In this document: in pieces, positions 12,557-25,358 of the stretch | Numbering within the stretch: the first letter of the stretch is position 1 | Layout of the letters: every line of letters starts with the position of its first letter | Assembly (NCBI GenBank): GCA_010093995.1 | Contig: ML992501.1 | Span: forward strand, 640,227 to 704,226 | From: Elsinoe ampelina | Taxonomy: Eukaryota | Direction: 5' to 3' | Length of the DNA stretch: 64,000 nucleotides | Notes under the pieces: generated by a model | The model's input: the letters and a program-made list of their open reading frames with translations, nothing else | The model's database searches: none | Told to the model about the DNA's origin: nothing | Translations under genes and position numbers: made by a program

Positions 12557-15500
12557 ATGTCTAAGAATTAGCCTAACGGCGCTAGTATAGCTACTAATAA
12601 CATTCTACTCTACGAAAGACCTCCTATAGAAATTTAAGCATAGCTTAATAAAAACCTTAAGATTAAGGGATTCTTCCTTAAATTCTTTAACTAGGACGAC
12701 AACTAGTACGCCGCCGCATATGTAAGAGCGTAGGAAGAATATAAGAATACCTATATAGTTCTAGAACTTAAATATAAGAAACCTTAGAATAGCAACGTTA
12801 ATATAACTACGATTATAGATAACATCGAAACTTCCCTATAATACTCTTAGGATAACTATACGAAGATCTTCTTTTAAAGACTATACTATTAAGACTAAGA
12901 CTAGTTTAAGAGGAACGTTAGAAACTATAACGATATATCTAGTTATAATGTTATTAAAGATTTTGTCCTTACTATTAAGGCGTAAGAGCTTAGGAATAAG
13001 AAGAATTAGACTAAAGTAGACGAGAAGGCTTATTCTAAGAAGTACATTAGAAAGCGCCTCTCTACTACCTAGTCTAATAGTAGACTCTCCGAAAGATTAG
13101 AGACTTCTATACTTAGTAGCGAACTTATAGGTATAGATATTAATTACTACACTAGTTAGCCTATACGTTAGTAGCAAATACTAGAGGACATATCTCGTCT
13201 AGTCTAGAGCATTATTAATAAAACTATTATCGACTTTATAATCGTCGAGTAATTAGATATTAGCCTAGGTATAATTATAAAGAGAGGATGTTTATGTCGT
13301 CTATAGGCGTTTAGTCTAAGAATTTTAAGGTTATATCCGGGGGATTATAATTTAAACATATATAGCCTTAACGATATTAGACTATTCCTAAAGGAGAAGA
13401 AGTTAGTTAGTAATAATATTATCCTTATATAGATAGATTATATAGAGCTATATAATATTCTACCTATCTTAGATAACTACGACCTACGTACTACTATAAT
13501 TAACTATGTTAACTCCCTAGTCGAAGGTAGTAATATAATCTTTATCTATCTTACGCCTAGTATAGATCTAGTTAAGAAGCTCCCCGAAGAAGTACTTTAT
13601 AAGTTTAACACTTAGTTCGACTTAGGTGTATACTAATATACTTAGTTAACTCTCTTTAGTATTGTAATAGTTAAAAGCTATCGACTCTAGTCTAGGAGAA
13701 AGAGGAAGAGAAACCTCTAGCCCCTCTATCTCCGGCTAAGCGCCTACTACTACGTAAACCTACTCCTAAGAAGTAACCTAGCTCTCTACTACCTAACAAG
13801 GATAATACTACTATTAACTATCGTCCTACTCGGGTAATAGAAGACAAATACTATAAGTAATGCCGAGATAGTAATTAGTATCCCTTTATAATTATACCTA
13901 GTAAGGAGCAAGTAAGGTACTATATTCCGTTAGTCTCTAAGACGCTATCTATACCTATTCTAGCGCTTGCAACTTGCACATTTAATAAGACTCTTAGTAG
14001 CTCGAACTTTGTTAAACTTTATACTATAAACGACAACGACGACGAGTAAACTAGTAATAATCTAGCTAACTAAAGCTTTATCCCTATAGGCACTAGAATC
14101 GATTACTAGTCCGAAGAGTTCTAGGAGAAAGTCTATAACTTTATAGGCTTTAAGAAAGACATCTACTTACCGAACGCTAGTATATAGTGTTTTAGTTAGA
14201 ATAAGAAGTATCTAGTCGAGGTAGCATAGATATACTTAGCGCTTATTACACTTAAGAAATACCTCGAAGGCTACCTAGCATTTATATTCGTATATAAGAT
14301 AAGATTTAGAAAGACTCTAATAGGACTCTTCTTTCTCTTACTAATTTAGAACTTAAATAAAAAAGTTATCTAGGATGCTAACTATACTACTATACCTAAG
14401 GACAAGTAGAGTAAGTACCGGAAGGTAAAGACACTAGTTAACGAGCTATAGCTAGATGTCGCTTCTATAGATACTATTAGCTATAATCTAATTGTTAGCG
14501 AATTAAACGTAATAAAATAGTAGGCGTAAGAGATATAGAAGTTTATACCTAATATAAAGGTTATTCTATACTAGGGGAGAATATTCTAAGCTATATAAGA
14601 ATATAAGTATAGCGACGTATATAACATAGATACTTTAATTCGCAAAGAGGATCTACCTATAGGCTACTACTAATAGGAGTCTTAGCCGATAGATAAGTCT
14701 AGTAAGCCTATCGACACTATTATAGTCTTATAACTAGTTAATATACGTAAGCGACACTCTTAGACCTTATAGATAAATAATTAGTTCTTCTTTACTACTT
14801 GTAATACTATAATCTACCGCTTCCTTAGTAAGAATAACATAAATACTAAGGATTAGAACTTTGTTCCTAAGGGACAAGAGAGAAAGCTAGAGTCTAAACC
14901 TATAAACTAGGCCGCTATTATCTTTAATAAGTTCTATTAGGTCACTAGCTAGAAGACGTAGACCTAGTGTTATCTAGGAATACTGCCGGGGAGGCCTTTT
15001 ATACTAGGTATAAGTAGGACACTATTTATTAAGTGCTTAAACGTAGTAGCGTTCTTAATAGCGGCTATATATAAGGACTTTAGATTAAAAAAGCTCGATA
15101 CGAATAGAAGTAGAATAGGAGAATTTAACAAGAACTATATCTATAAATCTAAGTAGGAGCTAACTAAGGCTAAGAATAATAAACATTAAGTAACACCGAA
15201 GACAACACTAGATAAGACTTAATAAGCTATCGCTAATAAGCTTAACTTCTAAATAGTATCGGACTATGCCTTCGTAATTAACAAATAGTATAAGGCAAAT
15301 AACAACTCTAGTAAGTTTAATAAAAAGGAAAGTATATAGTTTATAGAAGAGATTATAGCAATAGTTAGTAAATAGAGTACTATCCTTACGAATATTCTTA
15401 TTAAGATAAACATAGACTATATCTAGAAACCTTTCGATACTACTCCTAGTCTACTAGCTATTAGAGTCCTACTATATTTTACCTTCGACCTAGAGATTAC

Positions 15501-16550
15501 TATTAAGGATAAGTATCTTTATAGTCTTATAAATACATAGAAGAAGATTAAACAGGATATAGATAAGAGTATATAAGAGGTAATTAACAGGTAAAAGGAT
15601 AAATCTAATAAGCCTAAAGTAACATTAGAGATAATCCTTAACAAGAAGACTAAGGAGCAAATACTAAGCCTAGTTACGCCGCTACTACTTTTCTCTATAT
15701 TTCTCGCTCTTATAGATATATTCTAGAACAATCCCGCGGTTGTAGAAGAGTTTAGCGACTTTACTATTAAGTTTATTTACGAAATTATATATAACTCCTC
15801 GGAGATAGCGCTATAGTAGCATATAGACAAGATCTACGCTAGTCCTTAGATAAAGGTCCTTTATAGTGTTATTTCCGAGATTATTAAGTAGAACATCTCC
15901 TATTCGAAGGAGCTAAAGAGGCAAGTAATTGTCTATACATTTACACCGTTAGTGCTAGTAGTTGCTATAATAGTTAGTTTAGTCTATTTAGTCTATTTAG
16001 GTCATTACTAATAAGGGTATAGTATCTAAAATGGCTCGAGAAGCACCTAGACGGCAAAGCAATTAAGATTAATAAGGATGCTAATATAGTTATTGTCTAC
16101 TATAGAATAACATCTATACCTACCTATATAGACATCGTCGACATAGCTATGTCTAATAATACGTTTATCGAACCTAATAGGCTAGAAGGCTTAAGGATCT
16201 TAATTGCCTAGAGTAGAGCTATTAAGACTAGTCTTAATCTAAACCGCTTTAATACTATAATCTTGCTCGATATAGCGTTAGTATTATAATCTGTCCTTTA
16301 GTGTCTAGCTTAGGTCTATAGGAATATTAAGTCTTAGAAAGCTAACTACATAGAGGCATTTATAATAAAGCCGACAGCTCTATTCTATAGGCCTCTAGAA
16401 TAGCTTAATAGTAGATAGAGTAGGCTATCGATGATATAGAAGGTTATCTACGAGGAAATAGAGAAGTAGAGAGCAAAGATCTAGAAACTTTAACAAGCTA
16501 TAGCGAAGAAGAATATAATTGTTATAGATAATAATTAAGATTACTAGATA
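12557..16550 (+). pseudogene. RIP-inactivated SNF2-family (SF2) helicase/ATPase, module B, with a long N-terminal region or separate upstream ORF
   Basis: After reversing transitions, in one frame: motif I FMFAHEMGFGKT (14281-14316), Ia LIVGELNVIEQWAQEIQKF (14488-), II IIFDEFHQ (14917-14940), III MSGTP (15010-15024); downstream helicase-C-like TGLNLxxFxTxILLD...QCLAxVHR (~16228-16322). Confidence 0.85.
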
Positions 16551-16997
16551 ATAGTCTAACTATATTACCTAAAAATGCAATTCTTTAGTTTAGCAGACTA
16601 ATTTAGTTCCCTGTATATGTTAAACTATCTTTTAGATTACCTAATATAATATAGCATCTAAACGTTTTCTACTTTCTACTATTACTAAAATTTAGCCGGC
16701 TAACTCTAACTACGAATTTAGATCTTAAGCGATAAACACGGATATACTAAGGCAAATTAGTAAATACTTAGCCTACAGGAAGATTATATAATCTAGTAGA
16801 GGCCTTATCTAATATCTGCTATATTACTAGAGAAGAGAGCTACTAATAAGTAACATAGCGTAAGTCTTACTAGAGTAACATAGCAATAGACATCTATATA
16901 GAGACGACGCTAGTAACAATCCTCGCTTGTTTAATAAGGGAGAGTGCTTACTATCTAATAAAGGCTAACGAGGTAGTATTACTAGTAATATACAATA

Positions 16998-19900
16998 TAG
17001 TTCGCTAACGCTAAATAACTTACTAGTCTACTTTACTCCGCTACGAATAATAGTAACTAAGAATCGAACTAAACACTAGAGTAGAAACAAAAGTCTATAG
17101 CCGGCAGAGAGTGTCCTTCCCCCTTTGCCTACTATATAGTATAGTATAGTAGACAATTCTCTTAGTCTCTTTGTCGACCTTAACCCTCGACCTCTAGCAC
17201 GTAGAACGGATAGTAATAGTAATAGTAGGCTCGATAGCAACGTACACGAGGAAGAGGAGAGCATAGACGAGGTTATAATAGAAGGCATATATAAGAAAGA
17301 GTAAGTAATTACAGCAAGTATAACTAGTAGCACGTCTATAGAGCGGAGTGCTAGGAGGTTATCCTTATCTAGTAGAGCTATATCCGATCGTACTACGTTC
17401 GAGATAGCTACTAGTATACTAGCTAGCAGCGAAGAGTTAGTTATAGACATAGTTTATTCTTAGTTTACGTCGACTAATCTTGTCTAGATCTCTCTAAGTC
17501 TATGATATATACACCGACACTAACGATAAACTAAATTACAATTAGTTAGGCGAGACTTAACTAAAGGAAGCCTTTATTAGCGGCATAGACATAGGTCTTG
17601 CCTAGTAGCTTATAAAGGAGAAACTTAGTAGAGCCGCAATTATATAATTGCTTAAAGACCTACGTATATAACCTCTAGTAGAGAGCCTTAGTTAGCGAAC
17701 TACGAATAAACTAATAGAGAAGATAGAGAATTTAGATACGGGCGAGAGTATTAACGGCTAGTAGACCTTAAGCTTTATACTAAACACTAATTGTAGGCCT
17801 AAAAGACACACGTTCTAGCATCTAGATATTCTTATAGCGATACACTTCTTACTTAGCTATTACAGTTTCGTAGTAGATATAGACTATAGCCTATATAGAG
17901 TCTTTATAGAAGCTGTCGAGAGTAAGCCGCTACGACAAGTATATACTAAAATAGTAAGTAGCGACTAGTAGTAGAACATATAAAAGCGACTTAGGATACT
18001 AGGGGCTACTATTATTCTATTAATCGTCGCGAGTAATTAGACCTAGGTAATAAACTATTAAGGAGATCTTGTAGTATATACTGTCTATCTATTATTAGGT
18101 AACCTAAAGGTAGAAGTACGTAATAGTAACTACCGGCTAGGGTAGTTACTAATTAGCTTACTTTCTATTATTAAAGATAGTAGTAATGTCGTTAAGGAAA
18201 AGACCTACTACACTTACATAAAGAAAATCTTTAACGCTGTTATTAATTACTACTTAAGAGAGAGCGAAACAATCTCCTATACGGATAGAAAGAGGTAGAG
18301 GTACTTCCCTATACTCGCTGCTATACCTACGGATTACACCGAATAGGTTACTATAACCGGTGTAAAGTTACTATATTATTATATAAGTTGCCTAATCGGT
18401 AAGGACGAAAGAGAGGACCTAGTAGTTACTATACTATTCCGAACTTACTACTCTACGTAGCGATAATAGCGCTTATAGAGAGAAGTACATAAGAGTTAGT
18501 AGTAGAGTAAGAAGATAGATATAAGCTCTTAAGTTTATATAGTTAGTTACTTTACGTAGGATCTTCTATATACTAATATTTACTACGCGATAGTACTAGA
18601 TATTCTATACTAACTTCTTAAAGGCGTTTTAATATACGTCTTATACTAGACTCGAAAATTGCTCTAGGATTTAATACCTATATAGAGATTACGACAGTAT
18701 ATAAAGGCTAGAGAGACTATATAGCGAATAGGCTACTAGCGCTTAGTAAAGGAGATTATACTTAATATTATTAATAAGCGTTTCGATAGTATACTAGTGT
18801 TTCCTAGCATCTAACACTTCTCGTACTACTTAGCTATTAAGCAATAGACAGGTTAAGAGTAGAAGAGTATTATACGCTAGATGCTCCTAGTATTTATACT
18901 ACTACTTGAGAAGGTTAAGGCGCCTTAAGCTATTAAGTTTATACGCGTACTAGTCGACTTTATATTACTAGTAAACTATAAGACCTACAACGATAATATA
19001 CTCTAGTATATTAACCTTGCGCTCTTTAGAATAAACAAGTATAAAGAAACCTTCTAGGCCTATCGTAGTAATAGAAAAGAAGAGAGCAACTTTAACTTTC
19101 CGAAATAGCACTTAATAATATATTTTTTAAAGGCTATCTATGATTTTAGAGTAGTTACTAGCCTTGATTCTAATTATTTAGAGCACAATTATGTACGCTT
19201 TATTAAGGACGCCTTTAAACTTATAAATAAGAAGGCTAGATAGGAAGACTAGGTTACTACTTATAACACTAAACTAGCAAATATATTAGTAGTATTTAAT
19301 AACCCCTCGAAGTTAGTTAGGCTATCGGCTACTAAACTAATTAAGATCTAGAGTACGCTAGTTAGCGTAAGTAATATAGTAAATGTCACTTCTTAGTTCG
19401 GCTAGCCTAGCGCTAAGAGGGGAGCTATATAGCGTATAGTAAGAGAACTAGAGGCGCTTATTAATATACTACCTAGGCTATTACTATAGCAAGTAATAGC
19501 AGTGTTTGTCTACGAGGCTCGTTAAGGTATAGCTAATATAGGCTCTAACTTAAGAACTAAATACCCTAATTAGTTTAATGCTAAACTAGATCCTAATAGA
19601 CTTAAACTAGATTCTTCTCGGGTAAGTAACCTCTACGTTAAGTTCTACTATTCTTTAAAGTATAAGAAACTATTCGACTATAATCCTAATAATCCTAATA
19701 CGGACGAATAAGACTTTATCTAGTACATAACTAAATAGTAAGGGATACGTAGTAATAAGAGGCAAGACTAGCTCTAGGTATAAGAATAGACAACGAATAA
19801 TAAAGGCACTAACGGAGCATTACCTAATAGCCTATAAGGTAAGTTACTAGCTTATATTATATTTATAATAACTATAGAGAATAGCTTCTAGTCTAGCAGA

Positions 19901-20281
19901 TCGGGCCGGCGTTAACGCCTATACTATATAGAAGCGCTAGTAGATCTATATTAGCCTACTCGGCTAGATAGAGTAGCTAATCGAGAGTATAGCATAACAC
20001 TAATTAAGCCTTAGACAAATCGACGCGCGTAAGCTAGACAGAACACTCTTACTAGTAGGCGTGTCTACTCTACCTTATAAATCTACTATAGTATCTATGT
20101 CGTGCTAGTAGATAAAATAAAGCTATACGGCCGGATATATATTAATAACATAGCCGACTTTAACACATATAACATACTATAGAATAAGTTATAGAAGTCT
20201 AAATAGCTCTACCTAGCTAAGGCTTCGAAACGAGAGAGGTTAAGATCTCTAGGCGTAGTTAGCAAGCGTAGTAGGCATTAA
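16998..20281 (+). pseudogene. RIP-inactivated Plavaka transposase
   Basis: De-RIPed single frame: VYTEMVSGDWWW (17939-17974), GATIIPLIVASDQT, VYLSLGNL, CADG...FPILAAxxADYTEQ, DILHQLLKG (18599-18625), QWTGQEQK, FNFPKWH (19091-), SEHNH; preceded by an acidic exon and a probable intron at ~17436-17487. True start codon not determined. Confidence 0.9.
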
Positions 20282-20559
20282 CGAAGCTAGAGTACTCCTT
20301 TCGTAGCTAGAATAATTATCTCTTACGTTAATAGCCTAACGCTTAGGTACACTTAGGTTAACTACTAGACTATATTAGGTAGGCAGGTTATAATAACTTT
20401 TGTAGGTATTACTCTAACTAGTTAGTTTACACCTATATGTTATTAGGTTAGTCCCTAAACTATATAGGGTTTATAGCCTAAGGTGCCTTATATAGTTTTT
20501 ACGCTAAAGAGTTAGTCTATTCCTTTACTAATTATAATAGCTTAGGAAATTATAGCGAG

Positions 20560-20920
20560 GCGTTATAGAAGTTAGTCTTTAAGATACTTAAGACATACTT
20601 TAAGTATTTAGCAACAGTAGTAAAAGGCTTAGGTTAGTAAGTTATCTTTAGGTTAGTTTTACTAACGGAGTTAGCGGTCTAAGAGGAAAGTTTATTCTCT
20701 ATAATAAGTTTACTAATAAGACTCCGATATAGACGATAGTACTTTACTCTATTTGCTATTATATCGTAGGGATCTACTCAATACTACTAGAGCAGTTACT
20801 AAGGACTTATTCCTTTCTATCTAACGGACAAGATCTATAATAACACTAGCTTAGAAGACCCGCTAGAGAATATTCTTATTAATCTTTATATATATACTAT
20901 ACGCAGGAAACGAGTTAAGG
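20560..20920 (+). pseudogene. RIP-inactivated BTB/POZ-like gene fragment 1
   Basis: De-RIPed DKIYDNTGxEDPLENILIDLYIY (20827-) resembles the IYxxTxxxSPLRRxLxDxY tail of fungal BTB proteins; boundaries approximate. Confidence 0.45.
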
Positions 20921-22139
20921 AAGAAGCTACTCTTTAGTATAGCGAGTAGCCTCTTCTTTGTCCTCTAAAGCCTCCTCTGTATCTATATAGGTTATAAGTA
21001 TTTCCTTATAAGATTATTAGTGTATAATATATATACGACAAATCCTGTCTATAAGATTGCATACTAGATTATCCTATACGCGCTATTACTACAACTACTA
21101 CTTAGTAGTAGTAATAGTAGAGCGGCGGGATATAGTAGGAAAAAGTGTTATTATATTTACCTCCGAGAGGGGAATACTCTCTTTCTCCTCTATATCTTTC
21201 TCTTTGCTCTCTACTATAGTAAGGTATACTATAACCGAAGCTACTACTACTACTTCCTCTATAACTACTATTACTCGTATATAGCTATAACTATAGATTA
21301 TTACTAGAAGCTTAGTACGCGTTAGAGTAACCTTATCTTTAACATATAGTAATAAAGTGCCGCGATCTTAACCCGGACACTACCTCTATTACCTCTCCGA
21401 CAACTGCTATAACTAGCGCCGAGAGCTAGTAAGGCAAGAAGCGTACTACCCCTACCTTCGCTAGTGTCTATAGCTATACTAGTATTAAGCTCGGCAAGGT
21501 AGAGGAGAAGAGTAAGAAGTAGAAGAAGCCTCTTATTATTACTAATTACCTCCTTACTAATAACCTTATAGATAGGTAGTCGGGGTAGATCTTAAACTTC
21601 CTAGAAAGAGTATTTACTTCTCCGCTATAACTGCCTTTAAGCTGTCGTTTAGACTACTATGTCCTTAGTACTATCTCCGGGGCTACTTAGACACTATACT
21701 AATGTCCGTTAGACCTTACTTTTCTAGGTAGTCTTTCGTAGCTCTAGAATTATCCTTCTAGTAGATATACTATTCCGTGTTAGTAGACGAGGGATTAGCT
21801 TAGCCTAAACTAAATGTCTATTACATTTCCCACACCTGTCCGTGTTAGTGTTAATCTTCTTAGAATAGGCTATAGCCTCGCTACTATAGCTACTATTAAC
21901 GTAGTATATCTAGCTTCTATTATTATTCTCTTCCTATATTACTAACGACTTCTAAGTACTAGAACAGGTCTATAGGTATTTATACTTAATGTCGTAACTA
22001 TACTTAGCTATAATAATTAAGTCCTTCTTAGGAAAAGCTTTCTTATATCTATAAGCCTAAGTTATAAATGCCTCTCTATAAGCTTATTTTATATTATTAA
22101 TAATATAGGCCGCTAGATAGTAGAACTTGTAGGCTATAG

Positions 22140-22495
22140 AGTAATAGAGGCGCTTTTTGTTAGTGTTAACCTTTGTCGCTAGCTATATAGTTACGCGAAA
22201 GTACTTATCTTTAGAGACATCTAATACCTTAATAGACAACTAAGTAGAGACGATAAAATAGAGTTAGAATAAGTATATATTAGTTTAGGGTTTTATGTTG
22301 TAAGCTAGAGAATAAGGTGTATAATGTCTACTTTCCTATTATAGTAAAAGCGCTTCTATACTAAGCTTTAATAATGTAGAGTATATACTTTCTCTCTATC
22401 TAGCGGACAAGATCTATAATAATACTAGCTTAGAGAGCTCTCTCCGGAAGATACTTATTAATTTCTATATCTATTCTAGTCGTAGCAAGTAGAGC
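22140..22495 (+). pseudogene. RIP-inactivated BTB/POZ-like gene fragment 2
   Basis: 40-bp match (2 mismatches) between 22395-22434 and 20816-20855; reads DKIYDNTGSESSLRKILIDFYIY; boundaries approximate. Confidence 0.5.
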
Positions 22496-22515
22496 GTTTA
22501 TCTAATCTAAGGCAC

Positions 22516-22587
22516 GTACGGTGCGTTTAACTAAAATTAGGTAGGTATAGTGCGTTTAACTAAATTTAGATAGGTACGGTGCGTTTA
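22516..22587 (+). repeat. 29-bp tandem repeat, ~2.5 copies (GTACGGTGCGTTTAACTAAAATTAGGTAG)
   Basis: Units begin at 22516, 22545 and 22574. Confidence 0.85.
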
Positions 22588-23963
22588 TAGCGACCTAACG
22601 TAGTTAAACTTAGTTTAATACGGAGAAACCTAATATTCTAACTCCCTACGCTTAGGACTTTCGTAACGTAGCCTCTTCTATAGCTTTAACCTTATAAGTC
22701 TCTACTACTAGTAAAGGTTATAAAGTTTATAAAGGCTATAAGAATTAAGTAGCTCCTCTATCTTAGTCTCTTTCTTAGCTACGAGTGTCTTAAGTATACT
22801 CTCTTCTACCTCCTCTTCTTCTATAAACCGGCTCTTAGCTAGTAGCTAGTAACGCTAGTAGAGTTACTTATTACTAGTACTAGTATTAGAAGGCTTATAT
22901 AAACTAGATAAAGGTCTCTAGTAAGAGACTTACTACTAGAGGCTATAATAGTTAAGGAGGGAGAGAGAGTTAAGAAGTTAGCTAAGGAGGTACTTAAGGA
23001 GGTACTTAAGGAGGTAGTATAATTAGATAATAAGGTAATCTATAAGAGCTTAGAGGTTAATCTATCTTAAAGGCCTTAAAGAGTAATAGATAGAGGTATA
23101 CTATACTACTAAGCTTAAGGTTAAGCACCTTGTCTATTTATACTAATATAGCAATTTAGACAAGCAAAACTTAACTAAAGTACTCTCTTAGTTAACTAAT
23201 AGAGTGCTTTAGTTAGCTAATTTATCTATTATAGTTTACACTAAAAGCTTGTTAAATTAGTCTATCTCTACTAAGATCGACAAACTGAAAGGCGGTGAGG
23301 AGCCAGCTAAAACGGCCTAATATTGTGGATGACTGAACCAGCTAAAGCCCTTTTTTTTTTTTAGTGAGGAGGGTCTGGATGCACAGCCTCACGATTGCTC
23401 GAGCGGAATCTGTGGCGTTAGGCACCAGCCACATCTGCCAACTTTGTGTCTCCGTCGCAAGTGACACTCGAAAGAAGACTGGCAAACATGACGACGTCGT
23501 CTCTGCGTAATTTCTCCTGCTGCTCGAACTGATACTCTTCATGTTTGAAAGCAGCGTACTCATACCTACGACACTGAAGAATCACCCTCGTTGATGATCC
23601 AGCAGAACTCTACGCATGTCCATCACATCGTTGCCGCCCGAAACAACAGTCTCGGCCATTCAGACCATGCCATGTCACTTGACCGCTGCTTAGCCACTCT
23701 TCTGGACTCTGATTCGTCTGGGCGACCTCCCACCGCGACAACCCATCAAAAGGCCGCTCGCCTTTCTTTCAACATTCTGTCTCTTTATCCCCTGTGATCA
23801 GGAAGAAAGACGACTTGAACGTTACACAAAGCACCGGCGTTCTGATTTCTTTGTTGGTCACGACACTCCTGTGGCATAATTGGCGCCTGCAAACTTGACC
23901 TACAATCTACCATATTTGAAATTTCGATCTAGGCAAATATCATCACATACTATTCATAACATC

Positions 23964-25358
23964 ATGCCTGGTCTCCAGACCGTCACATACGTCACAAAAG
24001 GCAACAAGGTCGTCAAAACTGGCAAGACCTTGAACAGCGTCTGGAAAGATGCACAAGCCGCATACAAGGAACGCAAAGCTGAGATTAGAGCTGTACGCAA
24101 GGCCGACATTGACGAAAAGCGAGCTCGACGTGCCCTAGAGCGTCTTGAAGTAGACGATGATGATCTAGAGTCTCTCGCTTCTTCACGTAGGTCATCAAAT
24201 CCACCCTCACCAAGGACGAGCACACAAATACACCGCAAACCAGTTCCTCCGAGCCGACCACATGCTGAACGAAGACACACTGGAAGCTCTACCTCATCAA
24301 GGCGAAGTGATCGTCATTCTCCTCGGTCGCCTCGCCATCATGGTCCATCACGTCTGCGATTTGAAGACCACCTTTCCACTCCACCAAACGAAGGTGCTGG
24401 TATGGAAATGGTTCGCAGGAACACGGATGGTCAGATCCCGTCATTACATTCGAGACACCATCGATCTCGACCTCACTCGACTCGATCTGCTTCGATGACC
24501 GAGCTGGAGATGTCACTCGCATATGGCGACCTGCCAGATGAGGAACGCCCATCGAAAGCTCTGCGCCGCACGACTGAAGAGAACGAGCTGCAAAATCAGG
24601 TATCGAAACTGCAACAGCTGCTGGACGAAGCGAATTGTCTGCAACATTCTGCTGTTGCCATGATCGATCAACTGCAGAAGAATCCTGACCAGCTTGCGGC
24701 TGTTGCCCTCACGCTTGGTGAGATCTCCACCATGGTCACCAAGATGGCACCTGCCGGGCTTGCATCTATGAAGACTGCTTTTCCTGCCGTGTTCGCCCTC
24801 CTGGCCTCTCCTCAATTCATGATCGCTGCCGGTGTAGGTGTTGGTGTCACAGTCATTGCTCTCGGAGGATACAAGGTCATAAAGAAGATCAAAGCCAAAA
24901 AACAAGCCAACAAAGAATTGGACGAGGAGGAAGCAGCCGAGGATGAGCTCCAAGAGATCAGATCAGATCTCTCCAGAATAGAAGTCTGGCGGCGAGGAAT
25001 CGCAGACGCTCAAGCAGATAGCGTTGCTACCAGCGTAGACGGTGAGTTCGTCACCCCTGGGGCGAGCAAGCGATTGCAGGAAGAAGGTCGACTTAAAGAG
25101 AGCGATTTGAAGAGCACGAAAAGCACGAAAAGCAAGAAGAATAGCAGCACCAAAGTCAAGGACAAGGAGAGAGAGCGACGCAGGGAGAAGGCGAGGAAGA
25201 AGAGCCGACAAGATGACGAAGAGAGCGTGTTCGACAAGGGCAAGGCACTAATCAAAGATCCAAATGGGATCAGGAGTCTGTTCAAGGGACAAGGAAAGGA
25301 AGCCCGAGCCAAGTCTAGCATGATAGATACACATGTTTCTCCTTTGTACAGCGCCTAG
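23964..25358 (+). CDS. Hypothetical fungal protein with coiled coil, one hydrophobic segment and Lys-rich C-terminus
   Basis: Long ORF with first ATG at 23964; hydrophobic stretch FMIAAGVGVGVTVIALGGY followed by a basic run. Confidence 0.8.
   Translation: MPGLQTVTYVTKGNKVVKTGKTLNSVWKDAQAAYKERKAEIRAVRKADIDEKRARRALERLEVDDDDLESLASSRRSSNPPSPRTSTQIHRKPVPPSRPHAERRHTGSSTSSRRSDRHSPRSPRHHGPSRLRFEDHLSTPPNEGAGMEMVRRNTDGQIPSLHSRHHRSRPHSTRSASMTELEMSLAYGDLPDEERPSKALRRTTEENELQNQVSKLQQLLDEANCLQHSAVAMIDQLQKNPDQLAAVALTLGEISTMVTKMAPAGLASMKTAFPAVFALLASPQFMIAAGVGVGVTVIALGGYKVIKKIKAKKQANKELDEEEAAEDELQEIRSDLSRIEVWRRGIADAQADSVATSVDGEFVTPGASKRLQEEGRLKESDLKSTKSTKSKKNSSTKVKDKERERRREKARKKSRQDDEESVFDKGKALIKDPNGIRSLFKGQGKEARAKSSMIDTHVSPLYSA

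Larger units (their letters stand above)
1..23280. mobile_element. AT-rich RIP-mutated block of transposon/cargo relics (heterochromatin-like), open at the left window edge
   Basis: Strong TA/TAG/CTA excess and CA/TG depletion, stops in all frames, no credible intact ORF in 23 kb; abrupt return to normal composition at ~23,280. Confidence 0.95.

Noticed and set aside
20990..21100. HKxFL and YHNH-like motifs extending BTB relic 1
   Set aside because: They fall in different frames from the DKIYDNT motif, so they were not used as evidence.
6663..21284. Short L/S/I/Y-rich ORFs in the RIP block (6663, 9812, 17076, 21057)
   Set aside because: Compositional artefacts of RIP; the first three are antisense to the reconstructed relic genes.
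22516..22587. CRISPR-like repeat
   Set aside because: Head-to-tail units without spacers, eukaryotic context, no cas genes.
1..23280. LTR retrotransposon interpretation of R1/R2 direct repeats
   Set aside because: The repeats appear coding (R2 is a Plavaka exon) and no gag, RT, RNase H or integrase motifs were recognised between them.
1..23280. Starship assignment
   Set aside because: No DUF3435 tyrosine recombinase recognised in the window; cannot be excluded beyond the left edge.
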